From an uncultured delta proteobacterium (GTDB lineage Bacteria > Myxococcota_A > Polyangia > Fen-1088): 64,000 bases of DNA. Positions within the stretch are counted from its first letter, which is position 1. Every line of letters starts with the position of its first letter. Shown here piece by piece: positions 38,027-48,260 of the stretch. A program made the translations under genes and the position numbers. The stretch is from assembly GCA_963767925.1 (NCBI GenBank), contig CAVYGB010000008.1, positions 2,944,001 to 3,008,000 on the forward strand. The letters are read 5' to 3'. Below the pieces are notes generated by a model. That model was not told the origin of the DNA. It was given only the letters and a program-made list of their open reading frames with translations, and did not search any database.

Positions 38027-39488
38027 TCGGATCGGGCGCGCCGTCGGGCGGGGGCGGCGCGCTGGGTGCGGCCGGCGCGGGTGCGGCCGGCGGCGCGGGC
38101 GCCGCTACTCGCTGTCGCGCCGGCTGGCGCGCGGCGAGGGGAAACGAGGCGGCGCCTCCGCAGGCGAAGGCGCCCACCACGAGGTAGTAGTAGTTGCAGA
38201 AGGCCTGCTTGTTGACGCTGAAGAAGGCCAGCATCGCCAGCCCGATCCCGGCGGCGAAGCCGGCGGGCGTGCGCGGCGCCCGCCACAACACGAGCACCAC
38301 CAGCAGCAGGGCGAGGGCGAAGCCCAGCCAGACCGGCAGCGCCTCGCCCCCCTGCTTGACGATCCAGGCCGAGTAGCTGAGGGCGTCCTTGCGGAAGGGC
38401 TGGCGGAACTGCAGCTCGACGACGCTGTGGAAGAACCCCCGCGGATCCCAGAGGAGAAAGGCCAGCGTCAGGGCCACCGGCAGCGAGGCCGCGCGCAGCA
38501 GGTGACCGGCGAGCTGCCGCAGCGGCGGCAGCGGCCGGGGCAGGAGCAGGGCATAGAGCGGCACCATCAACACGAGGTACTGCTTGGCCGAGATGAACAG
38601 GCCGAACACGTAGGGCAGGGCCCGAGGCAGGTGGCAGGCGCAGAACACGGTCGCCGCCAGCAACAGCACGACGAAGGGCTCGGTCCAGCCGCGCTCGAGC
38701 ACGTAGAACGAGCGGGGGGTAAACAGGTAGAGGGCGGCGCAGGCGCTGCCCAGCACGCCCGGTCGCAGGTACGCGAAGAGGGCGCCGGTGAGGGTCATCG
38801 CCACCAGGTGCGAATAGCGATGGTCGCCGGCCAGCAGGTGCCCGGGCAGCGCGAGCAGCAGGTTGATGGGCGGGTAGATGTAGCCGAACAGCACGCGCCC
38901 ACCCGCGGTGAGGCCCTGCCCGTAAAACGGGGTGCCGTCGCCGTACAGGTTGGGAAAGTCGATCCCGTAGGGGTTCCGGCCGGCCAGCAGGGCGGCCAGC
39001 GAGTCGCGCTGGAACACGTGCACGTCGATGTACGGGTCGGGGGTGTGGGCCAGGACCCAGGCCCCCATCTTGAGGTGCGACCAGAGCAGCAGGGCCAGGA
39101 AGGCGTGGCGCAGCCAGGAGCGCTCGGCCACGCAGGCCCCGCCCGTGACCGCCGCCAGGGCCAGGAGCTGGTGAAAGCTGGTCATCCCCTCCTCGTCGAG
39201 CTGGAGGAAGCCGGCCGGCGTCTTCAGGAGGAACTGGGCGAACTGGAAGCCGAGGGCCAGCACCAGGAGGGGGGGCAGGGCCAGCCCCAGCGGGCGGTCG
39301 CTGCGCACCACCCGGGGGGCCAGCAGGGCCACCAGGGCGAACACGAGGGCCGCGGTGAGGCGGTTGAGGGCGACGGCCTCGAGCGTCCCGTTGCTACGCT
39401 GCAAGGCCCAGCCAAGCGCCACCGCGGCGAGCAGAGAGCCGATGGTTGTGACGAAGGTATCGCCGCGGTCCGGAGGCGAGGGGTGCAC
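37980..39488 (-). CDS. Polytopic membrane protein, GT-C/GT87-like glycosyltransferase
   Basis: Many TMs, loop [25 protein letters not shown]. Confidence 0.6.
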   Translation of the reverse strand: MHPSPPDRGDTFVTTIGSLLAAVALGWALQRSNGTLEAVALNRLTAALVFALVALLAPRVVRSDRPLGLALPPLLVLALGFQFAQFLLKTPAGFLQLDEEGMTSFHQLLALAAVTGGACVAERSWLRHAFLALLLWSHLKMGAWVLAHTPDPYIDVHVFQRDSLAALLAGRNPYGIDFPNLYGDGTPFYGQGLTAGGRVLFGYIYPPINLLLALPGHLLAGDHRYSHLVAMTLTGALFAYLRPGVLGSACAALYLFTPRSFYVLERGWTEPFVVLLLAATVFCACHLPRALPYVFGLFISAKQYLVLMVPLYALLLPRPLPPLRQLAGHLLRAASLPVALTLAFLLWDPRGFFHSVVELQFRQPFRKDALSYSAWIVKQGGEALPVWLGFALALLLVVLVLWRAPRTPAGFAAGIGLAMLAFFSVNKQAFCNYYYLVVGAFACGGAASFPLAARQPARQRVAAPAPPAAPAPAAPSAPPPPDGAPDPTSPGPPAASWSPSGS

Positions 39489-39515
39489 GGACGCTGCTTC
39501 TAGCGCAGGACGCCC

Positions 39516-42500
39516 TCAGGCGGCCAGGGGCCAGGTGGTGTTCTGCAGGTGGGGCGCGACGTTCCGCAGCGCTTCGCGGACCTGCCCCATGGTGGCCCGG
39601 CGGCGGGGATCCCGCTGCAGGCCGGCGGCCAGGATCGCCGCCAGGGGTGTCAGCAGGCGGTCGGCGCGCAGGACGCCGAGCCCGCTGGGGTTGCCGTTGT
39701 GGGCCAGGTGGCCGGAGATGAGCGAGGGCAAGGTGTCCCCCTCGAAGAGGGGCCGCCCCAGCAACATCTCGTAGGCCAGGCAGCAGAAGGCATAGACGTC
39801 CACCGCGGTGGGCCCGCTCGACATCTGGAAGACGCCCGCGTCCCACACCTCGGGCGCGCCGTAGTAAGGGCTGGCGCAGCCGGGCCGCACCTTGCGGCCG
39901 GCCAGCCCGAAGTCCACCAGCACCGGCACGGGCCCGATGGTATCGGCGGTCACCAGGCGCGAGCCGCTGCCCCCCTGGCTCTCGCGCAGGATGATGTTGC
40001 CGGGCTTGACGTCGAGGTGGCCGACGCCGCTCTCGTGCATGACGTTGAGGCCGGCCGCCACCCCGTCGAGGATGCGCAGGGCGAAGGGGACCGAGAGCTC
40101 CCGCTTGTCGATCACCCGCTCGAGCGAGGGGCCCCGCACCAGCTCCATCACGAGGATGGGCTTGGGCCGGGCGCGGGCGTCGAAGGTCACGAAGCCGGCC
40201 AGGTTGGGGTGCTGGGGCAAGGTGAGCAGGGCGCCCGCCTCCCCCCGGAACATCTGCATGAACTCCTGCTCGGTCAGGGTGTAGGCGTTCTGACCATCGA
40301 AGGAGGGGATCTTGAGGGCGAAGGTCTCGGCGTTCTCGTCGTGGCGGTCCTCGGCCCGCCGGGCGACGAACACCGAGCCGCCTCCGCCCATGCCGATCGG
40401 CCGCAGCACGTAGAAGCCGCCGACGATGCGGCTGGGGGGCAGCCAGGGCGGCAAGCGCAGGCGTTCGGTGCCGGTGGCCACCGGCGACCACTCGATGCTG
40501 ATCTCCATCGAGGCCTCGGGCTGGAGCTGCCCCACCCGGGTCAACACCCGCGCCACCACCTCGGCGAAGCCGGCGGGCAGCTCGGCCCGCACCGCCTCGA
40601 TGGCGGGCTGCACCTCGGCGCGCAGGTTCTCCTCGAGATCGCGGCTGGCCCGTTCGATCGACCGGTCGAGGTCGCGCACCACCTTGCCGATGGTGGGCGC
40701 CGCCGTGCTGCCGCCCAGGCCCAGGCGCCGGCGGACCCCCGCGCACAGCTTGGCGGCATACTGGAGCGTGTCCTCGAGCTGCTCGAGCGCGGCCCGGCCG
40801 TCCTCCTGGCGCAGGGCCGCCAGCGCCTGCGCCTTGTTGAGCCGCTCGAGGGCCCGGGCCATGCCCAGCAGGGCCCGGCGCATCCCCTCGACCCGGGGGG
40901 AGATGCCAGGCGGCAGGGTCTGGGCCAGGGCCACGAAGGCGTCGAGGAAGGACCGCTCGGCGGTCGGGTCGGCGCTGGCCGCCACCAGGCGCGCCACCTC
41001 GGACGAGACCCGGAACATCTCCTGCACCTCGGGGGCCATGGAGGCGTCGGCCAGCACGTCGAGGTCGCTCGCCAGCCGCACCCGGCTCGAGGTGGCGACG
41101 AGGATATCCGAGAGCTCGCACAGCTCGTCGCGCACGAGGGCGTCGCAGGCCCGGGCCAGGGCCGCGCAGACCGTGCGCCGCAGCCCCGAGGGCGGATCGG
41201 CCTCGATCCGGCTCAGCAGCAGCCGCAGGGCCGCCAGCCGGCGATCGCGGCTGCCGGAGCTGCCCGGGCTGGTGCTGTGGGTGCCGGTGGTGGTGCCGGT
41301 GGTGGTGCCGGTCTGGGCGCTGGACGGCGCGTTGGCCTGGGCATTGGCAGCGGGTGGGCTCTCCTCCGGGAGGGAGGCGCCCACGTCGACGTCCAGCAGG
41401 TGCAGCAGCGTGCGCAGGCGGCGCAGGCGAAGCACGGCGTGGGGGATGGGGCCGGGCGACAGCGGTCGCTCCTCGCGCGACAGGATCCAGGTGTTGAGGC
41501 GCTCGAGCAGCTCGGTGGAGGCCCAGACCCCCGGGTTGGGTCCGCCCGCCTCGTGGCCACAAACGGTCAGCAGCTCGCCCAGGGTCGAGCTCTCGAGCAG
41601 CCCCCGGTCGAGCTCCCGCAATACGTGAAAGGCGCGCTGGCGATCGGCCGGGGTGGCGTCGCTCAGCCGCTCCAGCTCCGCGATTGTCGAGCGGGCGGCG
41701 GCCAGGGCCGCCTCGCTGGGGCCCCGCAGATCGCGCCCCTCGGCGAAGGCCAGCAGCGCCGCCGACAGGTGGCGGGTCAAGGTGGGGGGCAGGTCCTGCT
41801 CGTCGGCCGACAGGTCCTCGTAGATGGCCTGCCGCAGGGCCGTGAGGCCGTCGTCGCTGCTCGGCTTGGCCGCCCGCAGCCGGGCCAGGGCCCGCCCGGC
41901 GGCGTAGACGCCGAACTCGCCGCCCACGTGCTCGCGACGGACGTCGACAACCGCCTCGAGCAGGTCGACGTCCCCCATGTCGACCAGGAGCGCCAGCAAC
42001 GCCTCCGAGGGCTCCGGCTCCTCTTCGCCCGCGCGGGTGAGCCCGTGGACCATCGCCACCAGCACGCCCGGATCGCGGCGGATGAGGTCGCTGCGGGCCA
42101 GCTCGCGGCAGCGGGTGCTGGCGTTCTGGGGATCGTGAGCGATGCTGGCGGCCAGCGAGGCGGCGGCCCGCCGCCACTCGCCGGGACCGAGGTTCGAGCT
42201 GAGCGCCCGCTCCACCTCCTCGATCCGGACGGGGTCGGCGCCGCCGAGCAGCCCGCGGGCGGTGGCGACGTGGCGCCAGACCAGCGACTCCCGATCGGCC
42301 AGGAGGCGGATCCAGGCCGCGCGCACGGCCGGGCGCTGGAACACGCGCACGCCCGAGTCGTCGCCCTCCTGGCTGCGCCGGGCCGCCTCGCGGGCCGCGC
42401 GCTCGATCAGGCGGGCGGCCAGCCGCCGCGACGGCAGCGCGCCGCTGGCCGGGATGGAGAGCCACTCGCGCTCGAGCTCTGGCCGCGACAGCAGGGCCAG

Positions 42501-42968
42501 GGCCAGGGCGTCGGCGCTGGTGCCGTTGGCGATCGGCAGGCGGAGCGAGAGGGCCACCCGGGCCCGCACGATCGGTCCGCTGAGCGCGCGCCGCGAGCCC
42601 AGCGCCAGACCCCGGGCCAGCGAGACGAAGGTGGCGGCGTCGCCCTCGTGCAGCGTTTGCAAAACGCGGCGCCCGAGATCGCGTTTCTCCCGGCCCTGCG
42701 GCAGCGCGGCCGCCAGCTCGAACAGCGCGGCCGCCGCCAGCGGCTTGGACAGCCAGTCGAGATCGTCGACGAGGCCGGTGGCCAGAGCCACCCGCACGCC
42801 GGTCAGCAGGGCGTCGGCGCCGGTTCCTTCCAGCGGCGTCGGCTGCTGGTCGGCGGCCGCGGAGGCCAGGGCCGCCAGCCCCTGGCGCCACGCGGTGCGC
42901 CTCCCCTCGGCGGTCGGAAGTTCACCGAGCTGGGCCAGGCCGACGAGGTAGTCCTGCGAGCCGCGCAT
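39516..42968 (-). CDS. Ser/Thr protein kinase with C-terminal kinase domain and about 840-aa helical N-terminus
   Basis: GMGGGGSVF, ALK, HPNL, HLDVKPGN, DFG, APE, DVYA. Confidence 0.88.
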   Translation of the reverse strand: MRGSQDYLVGLAQLGELPTAEGRRTAWRQGLAALASAAADQQPTPLEGTGADALLTGVRVALATGLVDDLDWLSKPLAAAALFELAAALPQGREKRDLGRRVLQTLHEGDAATFVSLARGLALGSRRALSGPIVRARVALSLRLPIANGTSADALALALLSRPELEREWLSIPASGALPSRRLAARLIERAAREAARRSQEGDDSGVRVFQRPAVRAAWIRLLADRESLVWRHVATARGLLGGADPVRIEEVERALSSNLGPGEWRRAAASLAASIAHDPQNASTRCRELARSDLIRRDPGVLVAMVHGLTRAGEEEPEPSEALLALLVDMGDVDLLEAVVDVRREHVGGEFGVYAAGRALARLRAAKPSSDDGLTALRQAIYEDLSADEQDLPPTLTRHLSAALLAFAEGRDLRGPSEAALAAARSTIAELERLSDATPADRQRAFHVLRELDRGLLESSTLGELLTVCGHEAGGPNPGVWASTELLERLNTWILSREERPLSPGPIPHAVLRLRRLRTLLHLLDVDVGASLPEESPPAANAQANAPSSAQTGTTTGTTTGTHSTSPGSSGSRDRRLAALRLLLSRIEADPPSGLRRTVCAALARACDALVRDELCELSDILVATSSRVRLASDLDVLADASMAPEVQEMFRVSSEVARLVAASADPTAERSFLDAFVALAQTLPPGISPRVEGMRRALLGMARALERLNKAQALAALRQEDGRAALEQLEDTLQYAAKLCAGVRRRLGLGGSTAAPTIGKVVRDLDRSIERASRDLEENLRAEVQPAIEAVRAELPAGFAEVVARVLTRVGQLQPEASMEISIEWSPVATGTERLRLPPWLPPSRIVGGFYVLRPIGMGGGGSVFVARRAEDRHDENAETFALKIPSFDGQNAYTLTEQEFMQMFRGEAGALLTLPQHPNLAGFVTFDARARPKPILVMELVRGPSLERVIDKRELSVPFALRILDGVAAGLNVMHESGVGHLDVKPGNIILRESQGGSGSRLVTADTIGPVPVLVDFGLAGRKVRPGCASPYYGAPEVWDAGVFQMSSGPTAVDVYAFCCLAYEMLLGRPLFEGDTLPSLISGHLAHNGNPSGLGVLRADRLLTPLAAILAAGLQRDPRRRATMGQVREALRNVAPHLQNTTWPLAA

Positions 42969-43037
42969 ACCCGCCGGTCATTGTAGCGCGGTTGGCCCCA
43001 CTCCCGATACGTGAGCGGCGCCTGCCCCGGCACGCCG

Positions 43038-43059
43038 GGCGAGCCGGGTTCGGCTCGCC
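43038..43059 (-). terminator. GC-rich hairpin downstream of the HPF-like gene
   Basis: ggcgagccg-ggtt-cggctcgcc; no U-tract. Confidence 0.4.
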
Positions 43060-43072
43060 GGCGTCGGGTCGA

Positions 43073-43471
43073 TCACGTTCCCGCGAGCTTCCCGTTGCGG
43101 ACGGCTTTGCCGCCGCGATGGCGGGGTAACGTGCGGGCCTTCCCCACCTGTCGGGCCACAGCGGCCTCGAGGCGGTCGAGGGCGAGGTCGATCGCCTCGC
43201 GCAGATCGTGGTCCTGCTCCTCGACGTTGACCGGCTCCAGGCGGGCCAGGCGGGCCTCCATGTGGCAGACCAGCCCGTTGCCTCCTCGGGTGCCGTTCAC
43301 GTCCTTGACGTGCACCAACACCCCCATGAGCCGCGGGCTGAACTTCTGCAGCCGCGCGGCAATTTTGTCCTCGGTGTACCTGACCACGTCTTCGGGCACC
43401 GAGAAGTCCTGCGAATGGAACTCGAACTCCAGGTCGGGCACCGCTTCACCGTTGCCCCCCCGCTTGCCCAT
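43073..43471 (-). CDS. HPF/RaiA-family ribosome-associated protein
   Basis: DVNGTRGG...C.MEARL...DLREAIDLALDRL; start uncertain. Confidence 0.78.
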   Translation of the reverse strand: MGKRGGNGEAVPDLEFEFHSQDFSVPEDVVRYTEDKIAARLQKFSPRLMGVLVHVKDVNGTRGGNGLVCHMEARLARLEPVNVEEQDHDLREAIDLALDRLEAAVARQVGKARTLPRHRGGKAVRNGKLAGT

Positions 43472-43536
43472 GTTCGTCGCCACCATGCTTACAAACATGC
43501 GTCCCGCCCGGCCTCGCCGCAACGGTCACGGGCAAA

Positions 43537-44394
43537 TCATCGGTGACCCAAGAGGCGCACTTTTTCGACGTCGATGGGCCCGCCAACCATGGCTTCCCCT
43601 TGCGCGGCAAACCACCCCGGATCGTCGGTGGTCAGGAAGCGGCGCCCGCCCCCGCGCTGCAGGCGGGCCTCCATCTCGGGATGCCGGCGCAGCCAGTCGG
43701 CCAGGCGATCGGCCACCACCTCGCCCTGGGTGACCACCTCCACCCCGGCGGGCAAGGCCCGGAGAATCCCCGGCAACAGCAGGGGGTAGTGGGTGCAGGC
43801 GAGCAAGATCTTCGAGGGGGAGGTGGCCTCGGCGAACAGGGGATCGAGGTAACGGTGGAGAAAGAAGTCCACGCCGGGCCCGGACAGCTCGCCCGCCTCC
43901 ACCAGCGGCACCCACAGGGGGCAGGCTTGCTGTTGCAGGCGCAGGCGCGGCGCCAGCTTGGCCAGCTCGATCCGGTAAGAGTCGGAGGCCACCGTGCCGG
44001 CGGTGGCCAGCACGGCGACGGTCCCTTCCACCTCCGCCGGGGGGGTGACGCCGGGGATGGCCCCGGGAGGCAAGCCAGCCAGGGCCTCCGCCGAGGGGCG
44101 CACCACGCCCAGCACGCGGCGATCGGGGTGGCGCACCGGGAGCACCTGCTGCTGGATCGTGCGCAGCGCCCGCGCCGAGGCGGTGTTGCAGGCGAGCACC
44201 ACCAGGGGGCAACCCTGGGCGAACAGGTATTCGACTCCCTCGCGGGTGAACTCGAAGATGGCGTCGAAGCTGCGGGGACCGTAGGGACAGCGGGCGCTGT
44301 CCCCCAGATAGAGGTAGTCGTAGCGGGGTAGGCGTCGCACCAGCGCGCCCAGCACGGTCAGCCCCCCGAAGCCGGAATCGAAGACGCCGATCAC
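43537..44394 (-). CDS. murI: Glutamate racemase
   Basis: IGVFDSGFGGLTV, PYG, ACNTAS, LACTHYP. Confidence 0.95.
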   Translation of the reverse strand: MIGVFDSGFGGLTVLGALVRRLPRYDYLYLGDSARCPYGPRSFDAIFEFTREGVEYLFAQGCPLVVLACNTASARALRTIQQQVLPVRHPDRRVLGVVRPSAEALAGLPPGAIPGVTPPAEVEGTVAVLATAGTVASDSYRIELAKLAPRLRLQQQACPLWVPLVEAGELSGPGVDFFLHRYLDPLFAEATSPSKILLACTHYPLLLPGILRALPAGVEVVTQGEVVADRLADWLRRHPEMEARLQRGGGRRFLTTDDPGWFAAQGEAMVGGPIDVEKVRLLGHR

Positions 44395-44427
44395 GCGAGC
44401 GGCTCCGGGGTGCTGGACGTCAGGACG

Positions 44428-46254
44428 TCAGGGCGTGGGGGCCGGCGCGGCGGGTGACGCCGGGTCGGCGATGTGGAACTCGACCCGCCGGTTGTCGCGG
44501 CGGCCCTCGTCGGTGGCGTTGTCGGCGACGGGACGATCCATGCCCACCCCCTCGCTGGTCAGGCGGGCCTTCTCGACGCCACCCTTGGTGACCAGCCAGG
44601 TGACGACCGCGGCAGCCCGTCGCTCGCTGAGCCGCTGGTTCATCGACTTGCCACCCCGGTTGTCGGTGTGACCCTCCACCCGGACCTTCTTGATCTCGGC
44701 GTGCTCCTTGAGGATCTTCGCCACCGCCTCGAGCACCGGGTTGCTCTCGGCCAGGATCGTGGCGCTGGCGCTCTTGAACTTGACCTGCTCGATGATGCGC
44801 ACCTGCCCCTGCTCGACGCGGGCCAGGGGGCAGCCGTTCTTCTTGGGATCGGGATCGCGGGCCCCCGCCTGATCCGGGCAGGCGTCTTCGGGGTCGCGGA
44901 TGCCGTCCATGTCCCCGTCCGGGCAGCCGTTGGTCCTGGGATCGTCGGTCTTGTCGCCGGCCTTCTCCGGGCAAGCGTCCTGAGCATCGAGGATGCCGTC
45001 CTTGTCCCCGTCGGGCGGGGGCGGCGGACAACCGTTCAGCCGGGGATCCTCGCTGGCTTCGCCGCGCTCGTCGGGGCAGGCGTCCTGGGGATCGGCGACG
45101 CCGTCGCCGTCGCGGTCGCGCGGCGGGGGGCAGCCGTTCTTGGCCGGATCGTCGCTGCGCACACCGACCTCGTCGGGGCAGGCGTCCTGGCTGTCGACGA
45201 TGCCGTCGGCGTCGCGGTCGGGCGGCGGCGGACAGCCGGTGATGGAGGAGTCGTCGCTGCGCACACCGGCGGTGTCGGGACAGGCGTCGACGTCGTCGAA
45301 GACGCCGTCGCCGTCGCGGTCGGGTGACGCCGCCGCCGGGAACCACTCGAAGCGAGCCAGGAAGCGCACCGCCGGCGACCCCTTGCTGGGGGTGATGCCG
45401 GGGCCGGCCCCTACCGCCAGCCGGAACTGGTCGCCGAGCACGAAGCGCGCTCCGAACAGCAGCTCGGTCGGGGTGGAGCGCTTGCCGAGGAAGTCCCCGT
45501 CGGTGACCTTGGTGAAGGAGAGCAGCTCGGCGCCGATGAGGACGTTGGGGGCCGGCTTGACACCCAGGGCGAGGCCGCCAAACACCTCGTGGCCGATGCC
45601 GTAGCCTTGGAAGTAGCCCTCTTCGATGGCGTCGCGGCTGTGGAAGCCGACGCTGGCGGCGTAGGCGAAGACGCCGGCGTCGCCCGCCAGCATCAGCTTG
45701 GGCAACACCCGGACGACCCCGTCGCCGACGTATTTGGCCTGCCGGCCGGTCGGGAAGAACACATGCACGCCGACCGCCAGGGTGGCGGGGTCGCCGTATT
45801 GCCCGGCCAGGCGCAGGTCGGCCGAGGCCCGCAGATCACCGGGGGCGGCGCCGTCCGGGTCCTGGTAGGTGATCCCGCCGATCTGGGCGCCCTCGCCGTC
45901 CTGGCTGACGGCGAAGGGGAAATTGAGGCCGAGGCGCAGCCGTTCGGCGATGTTCACGCTGAGCCCCAGGTGCAGCAGGATCTGCCGGCCCACGATGGCC
46001 CCGGCCTCGTCGCCGTTGATGTCCTCGAGCACGAAGGGGTTCTCGCTCCAGTCGAACCCGAGGCGGATGGCCGGGCGGGCCCTGCCCCGGAAGTCGAGCG
46101 ACTCGAGGCCGAACCAGTCGCTGCCCGCGCTGCTGGGGTTGAACCGGTGGAGGAGGAATCCGGGGAGCTCCTGGGCCGACGCGCTGGTCGCGACACCGAG
46201 CAAGCAAGCCAGGCCAACGAGAGAGGCAGCCAGCCGGTGGGTCGGTCTGGTCAT
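44428..46254 (-). CDS. OmpA-family protein: beta-barrel, five thrombospondin type-3-like repeats, OmpA-C domain
   Basis: DRDGDG..D..DACPD repeats; EGHTDNRG, NQRLSERRA, NRRVEF. Confidence 0.9.
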   Translation of the reverse strand: MTRPTHRLAASLVGLACLLGVATSASAQELPGFLLHRFNPSSAGSDWFGLESLDFRGRARPAIRLGFDWSENPFVLEDINGDEAGAIVGRQILLHLGLSVNIAERLRLGLNFPFAVSQDGEGAQIGGITYQDPDGAAPGDLRASADLRLAGQYGDPATLAVGVHVFFPTGRQAKYVGDGVVRVLPKLMLAGDAGVFAYAASVGFHSRDAIEEGYFQGYGIGHEVFGGLALGVKPAPNVLIGAELLSFTKVTDGDFLGKRSTPTELLFGARFVLGDQFRLAVGAGPGITPSKGSPAVRFLARFEWFPAAASPDRDGDGVFDDVDACPDTAGVRSDDSSITGCPPPPDRDADGIVDSQDACPDEVGVRSDDPAKNGCPPPRDRDGDGVADPQDACPDERGEASEDPRLNGCPPPPPDGDKDGILDAQDACPEKAGDKTDDPRTNGCPDGDMDGIRDPEDACPDQAGARDPDPKKNGCPLARVEQGQVRIIEQVKFKSASATILAESNPVLEAVAKILKEHAEIKKVRVEGHTDNRGGKSMNQRLSERRAAAVVTWLVTKGGVEKARLTSEGVGMDRPVADNATDEGRRDNRRVEFHIADPASPAAPAPTP

Positions 46255-46421
46255 GGTGTCACAGGCTCCTTGTGAAAAGCTGGATCAGGCTGGAAGAGGA
46301 CGGATACACCACGTCCCGCTTTCGCACATTAAGCCCGAAATCGCCTCGAGGCAACAAGGTCGTCCGGCGTCTCCGTCGCTGCGGGCGACATTTTCCGAGG
46401 CGGTCGGAAGTTTCAACCAAC

Positions 46422-47675
46422 TCAGTCGGCGATCAGGCCAGCCACCGTGGCGCTCAGGCAGGTGGCGAGCGAGCCGGCGAGGATGGCCCGCAGGCCGAGG
46501 CGGGCCAGGTCGGGGCGGCGCTCGGGGACCATGCCGCCGATCCCGCCCAGCACGACGGCCAGGGACCCGAAATTTGCAAACCCGCACAGAGCGAAGGTGG
46601 CAATTCGCACGGTCTTGGGGCTGAGCTGCGCGGCCTGGGCGGCCAGGTCCCGGTAGGCCAGGAACTCGTTGAGCACGACCTTGGTGCCGAGGAGCGTCCC
46701 CACCGCGGGGGCCTCCGACCAGGGCACCCCCATCAGCCAGGCCAGCGGCGCCAGCGGCCAGCCCAGCATCGTGCCGAGTCGCACATCGGGAAAGCCGAAC
46801 AGCCCCCAGACCGCCCCCACGCCGGTGTCGAGCATGTGCACGAGGGCCACGAAGGCGACGAGCATGGCCCCCACGTTGAGGGCGAGATACAGGCCCTCGC
46901 CGGCCCCCCGGGCGGCGGCGTCGAAGACGTTCACGTCGAGGCGGGGGACCTCCAGCTTCACCTGGCCCATCGTCTCGGGAATCCCCTTCTCGGGGACCAT
47001 GATCTTGGCGATCAGGATGGCGGCGGGCGCGCTCATGAAGGAGGCGGTGACGAGGTAGCCGGCGTCGATGCCCATCGCGGTGTAGGCCAGCAGCACCGAC
47101 CCGGCGATGGTGGCCATCCCCGCCGTCATGACGGCGAACAGCTCGCTGTCGGTCATGCGGGCGATGTAGGGGCGCACCAGCAGGGGGGCCTCGGTCATGC
47201 CCAGGAAGACGTCGCCCATGGTGGACAGGGCCTCCGCCCCCGAGATGCCCATCATCCGGGAGAGCAGCTTGGCGAGCACCCCCACCAGCCGCTGCATGAT
47301 CCCCAGGTGGTACAAGATGGCCATCAGGCTGGCCACGAACACGATGATGGGCAGCACCTTGATGGCGAGGACGAACCCCACCACCACCGGCTCGGTCCCC
47401 AGCCCGCTCGCGGCCGGCTGCGACACCACCGTCACCGCCGGCCAGGCTCCGAACACGAAGCGAACGCCCGCGTCGGTGAAGCCGACGAAGGCATCGGCGG
47501 CGGCGTTGGCCGCCAGGAACAGGCGGGCGCCGAGCGGCGTCTGCAGGGTCAACAGAGCCATCGCGAGCTGCAGGCCCAGCCCCCAGAGCAGGAGGCGGAG
47601 CTTGAAGGCGGCCCGGCGGTCGGTGGAGGCCAACCAGGCCAGGGCGAGCAGCACCGGGATGCCGAGCAGGCCCAT
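46422..47675 (-). CDS. nupC: CNT-family nucleoside transporter
   Basis: FLGMTEAPL, GMATIAGS, NEFLAY, FALCGFAN; TGATG coupling to upstream gene. Confidence 0.92.
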   Translation of the reverse strand: MGLLGIPVLLALAWLASTDRRAAFKLRLLLWGLGLQLAMALLTLQTPLGARLFLAANAAADAFVGFTDAGVRFVFGAWPAVTVVSQPAASGLGTEPVVVGFVLAIKVLPIIVFVASLMAILYHLGIMQRLVGVLAKLLSRMMGISGAEALSTMGDVFLGMTEAPLLVRPYIARMTDSELFAVMTAGMATIAGSVLLAYTAMGIDAGYLVTASFMSAPAAILIAKIMVPEKGIPETMGQVKLEVPRLDVNVFDAAARGAGEGLYLALNVGAMLVAFVALVHMLDTGVGAVWGLFGFPDVRLGTMLGWPLAPLAWLMGVPWSEAPAVGTLLGTKVVLNEFLAYRDLAAQAAQLSPKTVRIATFALCGFANFGSLAVVLGGIGGMVPERRPDLARLGLRAILAGSLATCLSATVAGLIAD

Positions 47676-48109
47676 CAATCGGGCTCGACGACGAACGGGG
47701 CTCGGCCGAAGCTGGCGCGGAGGTCGTTGAGGAAACGCATCACGTTGGGGCGGCGGACCAGGCGGCGCTCGAGCTTCCGCTTGCCGGGAAAGTCGAGCAG
47801 CGACAGCGCCAGCAGCACGAACACCAGGCCAGGCCCCGGCACCAGGGGAAGGGACATGAAGATGCCGAGCGGCAGGACGATGAGGCCGAGGGCGTTCTTG
47901 AGCACCAGCAACGTCCAGCGGATCGCGCGGTGGCGGCGCCACCAGGAGTCGGGCGGAGGCTTGCTGACGAAGTGCTCGGCAGGGAGGCGGACGATGATCG
48001 CCATCCCGGCGGCGGTGGTGACTAACGCGATGAGGACGATGAGTGCCACTTTGGCACCGAGGGAGAGGCCTCCATACGCGTCGATGATCCGTCGGTAGAG
48101 CTCCGGCAC
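47675..48109 (-). CDS. Small membrane protein, PGPGW-like
   Basis: KNALG...LVPGPGL..LLDFPGK. Confidence 0.7.
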   Translation of the reverse strand: MPELYRRIIDAYGGLSLGAKVALIVLIALVTTAAGMAIIVRLPAEHFVSKPPPDSWWRRHRAIRWTLLVLKNALGLIVLPLGIFMSLPLVPGPGLVFVLLALSLLDFPGKRKLERRLVRRPNVMRFLNDLRASFGRAPFVVEPD

Positions 48110-48260
48110 CCGGGTATATTGGCACGCGGGCCCGGTTTCCACCGATCGTTCTCGTCGGCGCGCTTGTCACCGCGGGGCCCCTGCGCGACGCCGCCCGCTC
48201 CCTCACGAAAGTTGCAAATGCCGGCTGCCTGCGGCGCCCCGGCGTCTTAATCTTGCTCGC

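Noticed and set aside
39394..42986. Very long alternative-frame and antisense ORFs (also 7290-10046, 10846-13317, 24114-27158)
   Set aside because: Expected shadows of GC3-biased genes; translations are R/G/P-rich with no motifs
44428..46254. TraB (outer-membrane exchange) orthologue
   Set aside because: The architecture is similar, but there is no traA-like gene upstream and this architecture has many paralogues
48110..48260. Purine or nucleoside riboswitch upstream of the nupC operon
   Set aside because: No recognisable aptamer core
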